Shown: piece after piece, positions 56,560 to 64,000 of the stretch
How the letters are laid out: each line of letters opens with the position of its first letter
How positions within the stretch are numbered: the stretch's first letter is position 1
Assembly: GCF_009914755.1 (NCBI RefSeq)
Contig: NC_060937.1
Reading direction: 5' to 3' (one strand)
DNA: 64,000 nt
Origin: the human T2T-CHM13v2.0 reference genome, Homo sapiens
The notes under the pieces: generated by a model
Told to the model about the DNA's origin: nothing
Database searches by the model: none
Seen by the model: the letters and a program-made list of their open reading frames with translations, nothing else
Position numbers and translations under genes: made by a program

Positions 56560-58300
56560 TTATTAATTTATATAAATGAATCAAACTAAATTGAGTTTAA
56601 TCTTGCTATTTTGCTCAAAATTAGTGTTTTCCTTAAAAATGTATTCATCTCAAATCTTACTGTTGTCACTCCTTCATTATCATTGTTGCTGTGTAATATT
56701 ACATTATAAAATTTATGGCAATTTATTGTCCATCATTTAATAAACACAATGAAATTTTAGTTGTTTCCTACCTGAGAAAATTAGTCAAAAATTTGTAATG
56801 AATATTTTTGTGTATTTATCCAATGGGTTTTCTAAGATAAATATTTAGTTGTGCTGTGTCATAGGATATGTCTACCTTAAGATTTAGATAAATATTTAAA
56901 TTTTTTTCTAATGAGGTTGTACCACACTCTCCAACCAGCAGAGTATGAAAGACCTTAATGAGGTCTACATCTATTTAGTTTTAGCCAATACAATAAGTAC
57001 ATGGTTGGGTAGCATTGTAGTTTTAATTTTTAATTTCTTGATCATCAATAAGAGTTAAGACTTTTTTATGTTTATTAACCACTTGGAGTTAATATTTACG
57101 AATTATGAATTCTAAACCATTCTTTGATCTTTTTTTCAATTGGGCTATTTGTTGTTTTTTTTCTTATTGACTTTATTTCCTTTGTGTCTTTCCAGCACTA
57201 GACCTTGGTGGTTATATGTATTGAATATATTTTCTCCCACTTGATGATTTGTATTTTTGTTCATTTTCCAGTGTCTTTTAATGAAGACAAATTCTTAATT
57301 TCAATGTAGTCAATTTATAAGTTTTAAGTTATATTTTTGTTTACTTAAAAATATTTCTCTAAATATACCATGAAGATATTCTTATATATTACCATTTAAA
57401 AATCATATTTCTTTGCTATCAAATTTAATTTTTAATATTCCTAGAAATTACTTTTATAAGACTTAAGGGGGAAAATCATGTTTTCATAGAAGAATACACA
57501 GTTGTTTTGGCATTACTTTAAGAGAATATTGTATCCAAATTGTTTTACAGTGGAACATATCTTACAATAAAATGGTTATAAAATTAATTATTTTTACAAG
57601 ACACTTCAATGTTTCTGGACTTCTTTGTTTTTGATGAACAATGGGCAATTAATCTTATCATTTTTCCCTGTATGTGATGTTTGCTTTCTCACTGGTTCAT
57701 TTTAAGATTTTCTTTCTCTTTGGCTTTTAGCATTTTGTCTATGATGTGGTTTGCATTTTTGTTGTGTTTAGTTTGAAGCTCCTTGGATCTCTAAGTCAAT
57801 ATTTTCTACAAAATTTGACAAGTTTTCAGTTGTTATTTCTTCAAATATTTTGTTTCTCTTTCTGTTTCTCTTTCTGGCACTACAACTATAGACATGAACT
57901 TCTTGGCAAGGTATCTCAGTATATTTATGTACTGTTTATCTTTCTGTTACTTAGATTGATCTATTTTCATGGTCACTGGTTATTTTTTCTGTCATCTTCA
58001 CTCCTTCATTGAGTCTTTCTTTTAATTTATTTGACATTTTAGCTCTAAAATTCCATCTTTTGTCCTTTCCTTGTCCTATCAGAATTCCGCTCTCTGTTCA
58101 CTCATTACTGCCATTTTTCTTTAAATTTTGGACATATGCACTCATTCTTTGAATATTGCTTAATAAGCTTCTGTGAAATCTCTTTTTCTAAATCCAAAAT
58201 TTGACATTACCTTGAATGTTTTTATTCATCATCTCTTTTTCTTTATTGTAAGTTATCACTTTCCCATTTCTTTGCATTCATGAAAAATTATAAATAACAT
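56560..58300 (-). mobile_element. Ancient L1ME/L1M fragments
   Basis: aggttgtaccacactctccaaccagcagagtatga, gcattgtagttttaattt and tattttctcccact. Confidence 0.6.
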
Positions 58301-58476
58301 ACTACTAGCACACATGGATTCTTATAATTATTATCTTATTTTTGTCTTCTAAATAGTAACCTTGTTTGGACTTGAAATGCTAGCTTTATTTTCCAAGCAT
58401 TAGGCATCGGCTAAAGCGTCTGCTCAATTTTTGTGCCCTCAAGATGCTGTTTTTAGGCTGGACTCTTAAAGATCTC

Positions 58477-58957
58477 TGCGAAACAGGTTCACTTGGACTG
58501 GTCACCGACTTGTCTGAGTCCAGTAAAACAGAACACTCATGCATCTATAAGTAATATGAAATGTGTTTATTACATGCAAATAGGTGGGAAGAAAAAACAG
58601 AAGTCTAGGATTCATGTGAACCAGTCCCACAAGGCTCAGAAAAGCTGTCAGGAATGGATGGAATCTCATTTGCATGTCTCCCACTTACACTGCAGCTGAG
58701 GGACCCTAGTAAGCAGCCTGAGCTCGGTTTTATACCCCTGGATTGTCCAAATTTTTAGGATGAAGTGGGGAAGGACATCCTGTTTTGGAGAGAGGGAGGG
58801 TGGGCAGGTTGAAACAGAGTCCAGGCTTTCCAGCCAGTCCCTCTCTATTTTAGGATATTACATTCCCAACATATTTTACAGTTATTCTTGAGAGCTACAA
58901 GTAAAAAATGGGGGGAGAACTGGGTTAGTCCAAGGCCACCTGGAGAATTGTCCTCCA
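58477..58957 (-). mobile_element. ERVL solo LTR, MER54-like
   Basis: The reverse complement starts tggaggacaattctccaggtggccttggactaacccagttctcc. About 480 bp with TG...CA ends. Confidence 0.7.
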
Positions 58958-59011
58958 GTATCCACTGTCTCTGCTTAATTTGTCTCTCAACATAAAAGAG
59001 ACAGAGATTAC

Positions 59012-59339
59012 CAGTTGACCCTCCTTATCTGTGGGTTTTGCATCATGGATTCAAACAACCATGTATCAAAAACATCAAAAAAAATGCATTTGTATTGAAT
59101 ATATACTGACTTTTTTTGTCCTTATTCCCTAAACAATACAGCAGATCAACTATTTACATAGCATTTATATTTTATTAGGTATTATAAGAGAACTAGAGAT
59201 TATTTAAAGTCTACAAGAGAATGTGTAGAGGTTATATGTAAATATTGCACCATTTTATATTAAGGACTTAAGCATCCATGGGTTTTGGTATCCACAGGAG
59301 TCCTGGAAACAATCCCCCACAGATATAGAGAGATGACTG
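59012..59339. mobile_element. MER2 (TcMar-Tigger MITE)
   Basis: TIRs cagttgaccctccttatctgtgg / ccacagatatagagagatgactg; internal ttattccctaaacaataca. Confidence 0.9.
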
Positions 59340-60044
59340 TACTCAAAATTTGAGGCAAAATCTTCCTGGCATTTCCTTGTTTCTGGGGATTTCTACTAAT
59401 TTACAGCTGCTCCATAGATTTGGTTTCTTTCCTCTGAATCTCCAAGTCATTAAGCTTCAGCTTTTTGCTGTCCAAGTTGAATACGGTTGAGGAATGCCAT
59501 CAATTAATAAGAAAACAAGTACACAGAACTCACCTGGAAGAGCTTTATTTTATGAGAATAGATACTTTTGGTCTCTATGTTCTTTTTAAATGGATATCTC
59601 TAATGCATATGTGTAGTTTATGTTAGTGACCATTCAGAAATTTAAGTTTGTGCTGAAATTATAGATCACACACTTTCTGTGATTCTTTCACTTCCAGAGT
59701 ATCCCATCTTAAATTACTTAATCTTGAACTTCTTTTCTATCATATTGAGCTGGTAAGCCTGCAATGCATCAGTGTGATTTTTCACATTGAAAACATTTTG
59801 TCTCTGCTGTAGCAAAGTACATTGGAGGATATCTTCAGGAAACAAAACGCTAACATTCTTACCCCTTACTGTTGAAACTTTTCAAAAGTAAACTCTCCTC
59901 TGACTTCGGCTTGTTTTGTGTACTTACTCCTTCTTTTGAATCCTTTTTGAAATATTCATGCATTTTTATCTACATGTTATAATTTTTATCCCAAGAAAAT
60001 TTTACATGACCATTTTACTCTCCAATCATTACCACAAGTAATGA

Positions 60045-60790
60045 ATATTCATGTATTTTTTAAGAAAATATATACTGAGCAGCCACTTTATGCTCAGAAC
60101 TATTTTAGGAACTTGAGATATATATCAGTGAATGAAATAGCCAAAAAGTATTGCCCTAATAAAGCTAAATTAAATTTGTGATAGAAACAGCATAATGCAT
60201 AAACATAATATATAATCACATTATATGTATTTGAATAGTGTGCTTGATTCCTGAGGAAAATAATTCATAGCAAGTAAAGATGTAAAATATGGAGGTTAAA
60301 AGGGTATTAGTTTTAAATATTCTAATCATGGTAGGGATTACTGACAAGATAACATATCAGCAAATAATTGAGAAAGTTCAAATAATTAGCAGTATAAACC
60401 TGGAGAGCAAGGAATGTAAACAAAGGGAAGAATCAGTGCAAAGATCATCAAACAGTGTCATGCCTAGAAAGTTATAAAGAAATCAAGGAGGCAAGTGTAA
60501 CTGGATAAGGATGAGCAAGTTAGAGTGTAATTAGTAATTACATTGGGAAGACAATTAAAACTAAGTAAAATAGATCCTTAAAATTTATCAAAGTCTTTAA
60601 AAAAAGACTTTGGCTTTACTCTAGAGAAAATAATGATAATTGTTAAGAATTGACTGTGGAAACCAACAATGTGTCCAAGTTGAACAATTAAAACATTATT
60701 CCATGAATAAAAGAACAAGATCTTATTAGACTGGACTTTGACAGTAGCAGTAGAGATATGCAAAAGTAGCCATACTTGAAGGTGCATTTA
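60045..60790 (-). mobile_element. L2 3' fragment
   Basis: tactgagc...tatcagtgaatgaaa, gactttggctttactct and cagtagcagtagagat. Confidence 0.65.
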
Positions 60791-60880
60791 TAATGGCACA
60801 AGATCATGTCCCAGTTGAAATGTTTTTGCAGATGTATTTTTAGGTTTTGTGTGTTCTAACAGAAAGACAGGAAAGAAGGG

Positions 60881-63226
60881 CGATATGGTTAGGCTTTGTG
60901 TTCCCACCCAAATCTCATCTTGAATTATAATCCCTATAACCCCCATAATCCACACCTGTCAAGGGAGAGACAAGGTGGAGGTAACTAAATCATGGGGGTG
61001 GTTCTCCCCATGCTGTTCTCAGGATAATGAGTGAGTTCTCCTGAGATCTGATGGTTTTATAAAGGGCTTTTACCCTCTTTGCTTGGCATTTCTCCTTCCT
61101 GTTGCCTTGGTTAGAAGGTCACTTGCTTCACCTTTGCCTTCTGCCATGATTGTAAGTTTTCTGAGGCCTCCTCAGCCATGCTGAACTGTGAGTCAGTGAA
61201 ATATCTTTCCTTTACAAATAACCCAGTCTCAAGCAGTTCTTTACAGAAGTACAAAAATGGACAAATACAGTAAATTGGTACTGCAGAGGGTGGGGTGTTG
61301 CTAAAAAGATACCCAAAAATGTGGAAGCAACTTTGGAACTAGACAACAGGCAGAGGTTGGAACAGTTTGGAGGGCTCAGGAGAAGATAGGCAGACATGGG
61401 AAAGTTTGGAACTTCCTAGAGACTTGTTGAATGGCTTTGACCAAAATGCTGATAGTAATATGGACAATGAAGTCCAGGCTAAGGTGGTCTCAGGTGGAGA
61501 TGAGGAATGTGTTGGGAACTGAAATAAAGGTGACTCTTTCTATGCTTTAGCAAAGAAACTGGTATTTTTGCCTCTGTCTTAGAGTTCTGTGGAAATTTGA
61601 ACTTGAGAGAGATGATTTAGGGTACCTGGCAGAAGAAATTTCTGAACAGCAAAGTGTTCAAGAGGTAACTTGAGTGCTCTTAAAAGCATTCAGTTTTATG
61701 CATTCACAAAGAGATGGTTTGGCATTTGAGCTTATGTTTAAAAAAGAAACAGAGCATAAAAGTTCAAAAAAATCTGCAGCCTGACAAGTGATAGGAAAGA
61801 GAAACCCATTTTCTGAGGAGAAATTCAAGCTGGCTGCAGAAATTTACATAAGTAACCAGGAGCTAAATGTTAACTGTCAAGACAATGGGGAAAATTGCTC
61901 CAGGGTATGTCAGAGATCTTGGCGACAGCCTCTCCCATCACAGGCCTAGAGACCTTGGAGGAAAAAATGGTTTCCTGAACTGGGCCCAGGGCCTTGCTGC
62001 TTTGTGCAGCCTCAGAATATGGTGCCCTGCATTCGAGCCATGGCTAAAAGTGGCCAATGCACAGCTCAGGCCATTGATTCAGAGGGTGCAAGCTTCAAGC
62101 CTTGGCTGCTCACACATGGTGATGGACCTGCAGGTGAACAGGAGTCAAGAATTAAGGTACGGGAACAACTGCCTAGATTTCAGATGATGTGTAGACACAT
62201 CTAGATGTCCAAGCAGATGTTTGTTGCAGGGGTAGAGCCTTCATGGAGAACACCTGCTAGAGCAGTGCAAAAGGGAAATTTGGATTTGGGGCCCCCACAC
62301 AGATTCCCCATTGTGGTAATGCCTAGTGGAGTTGTGAGAAGAGGGTCAACATCCTCAAGACTCCAGAATGGTAAATCCACTGACAGCTTGAACTGTACTG
62401 CAAAAGCCACAGACACTCAATGCCAGCTCATGAAAGCAGCCAGGAGTGGGGCTGTACCTTGAAAAGCCACAGGGGCACAGCTGTCTTAGGGCATCTGAGC
62501 CCACCTCTTGCATCAGGAAGACCAGGATGTGAGACAGGAAGTGAAAGATCATTTTGGAGCTTAAGATTTGACTACCCTGCTAGATTTCACACTTGCATTT
62601 GTTTTGGCCAATTTCTCCCACTGGGAACAGTGTATTTACCCAATGCCTGCAACCTCATTATAACTAGGAAGTAACTAAATTGCTTTTGATTGTACAGGCT
62701 CATAGGTAGAAGGGACTTGCCTTGTCTCAGATGAGACTTTGGACTGTGGACTTTTGGGTTAGTGTTGGAATGAGTTAAGACTTTGGGTGACTGTTAGGGA
62801 GGCATAATTGGTTTTGAAATGTGAAAGGGACATGAGATTTGAGAGGGTCTAGGGGCAGAATGATATGGTTAGGCTTCATGTCCCCACCCGAATTGTAATC
62901 CCCATAATCCCCACATGTCAAGGGAGAGAACAGGTGGAGGTAATTGAATCATGGGGCAGTTTCACTCATGCTGTTCTCATGATAGTGAGTAATTTCTAAT
63001 GAGATTTTATGGTTTTATAAGGGGCTCTTCCCCACTTCACTTGGCACTTCTCTTTCCTGCTGTCTTATTAAGAAGATGACTTTCTTCCTCTTTGCCTTCT
63101 GCCATGATTGTAAGTTTCCTGAGGCCTCTCAGCCATGCTGAACTGTGAGTCAATGAGAGCTCTTTCCTTTATGAATTACCCAGTCTCATGCAGTGCTTTA
63201 TAGTACTTTGAAAATGGAATAATACA
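60881..63226 (+). mobile_element. Full-length THE1D-like element: LTR 60881-61269, internal 61270-62860, LTR 62861-63226
   Basis: Both LTRs run (t/c)gatatggttaggct...aataca with caagggagag..aggtggaggta. About 1.6 kb of THE1-int ends in the purine tract aggggcagaa. Confidence 0.93.
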
Positions 63227-63537
63227 GAGGTGGAAAAAGAGAAAGGAGAGATGTGAGAGGGAGATATCAACATTTTCTATAGATGTCTATAGAAAAATTC
63301 TTGCTATCCTCTATTCAATCAGGACTACAGGTTCTTATGCAAGAGCTCATCCATATTTATCACAGCTCTTATTAAAATCTAGCATACTTAATTTTTTATT
63401 TCCTAAATTATTTAATGGCCTATATCAGCTGGTGTCTTCTTGAAGGTATTGTAGACATTCAATAATGAATTGTTGATTAAGTGATTTATTGAATAAATAA
63501 CAGTTCAACTGAATAGCTCATTAAATAATACTAATAA

Positions 63538-63690
63538 CGACATGGTGGAGCATGCCTGTAGTCCCTGCTAATCAGGAGGATGAGGTGGGAGTACCACTTG
63601 AGCCCTGGAGGTGGAGGTTGCAGAGAGCTGAGATTGTGCCAGTGCACTCCAGCCTGGGAGAGAGAATGAGACTCCATCTCAAAAAATGAA
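63538..63690 (+). mobile_element. Alu right arm only (AluJ/FRAM-like)
   Basis: Single diverged right monomer with a short A tail. Confidence 0.85.
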
Positions 63691-64000
63691 TGCATAAATA
63701 CTGAGAAAATTGATCTCAAGTAAAAATAATGTTTACTAAAAACTGATTTGAAAATAACGACCCAAAAATATTTGCATGATCCTCTCTAATGATACACTGA
63801 AGTTTGGGAAAAGATCAAGTGAGGTAAGGATGGAGAAGTCATTGCACTTTTAAATGCCCACACCCAAGGAATATTACTAGGATACAACAATGAGTCAGCT
63901 CCCATGAAATTACAGCCATAAATCACACTAATGTTATGAAGATGAATTCTAGTCAAAAGGATTTGGGCCATTTGAAAACTTCTTAATCGAAATAGTTGCA

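Noticed and set aside
63273-63296. Short palindromes (also near 11828-11848 and 54277-54293)
   Set aside because: Arms of 8-11 bp are expected by chance in 64 kb of AT-rich DNA, and nothing supports a miRNA or terminator.

Overview
AT-rich primate (human-like, catarrhine) non-coding DNA, either intergenic or deep intronic. I can support no host protein-coding gene, tRNA, rRNA or CRISPR array, and the listed ORFs are transposon remnants or chance frames. The window is a layered fossil record of mobile elements: an Hsmar1 3' end, many L1 fragments (L1M, L1MA, L1PB, and a 5'-retaining L1P), HAL1, L2, MIR, nine Alu-family copies, two internal-containing THE1 elements plus a solo THE1B LTR, other LTRs (MST/MLT1, MER52, MER54, MER67, MER90-like) and MITEs (Tigger2a, Tigger3a, MER2, MER5A). 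Subfamily names come from memory of consensus sequences, not from a search. I found no evidence for a new biological system. The signals repeats do not explain are two short dispersed same-strand duplications of apparently unique DNA: 229 bp at about 88% identity, one copy fused to a truncated THE1B LTR, and about 365 bp at about 98% identity, 3.9 kb apart. Also notable are a trimeric Alu and an old L1 with a twin-priming-like inversion.
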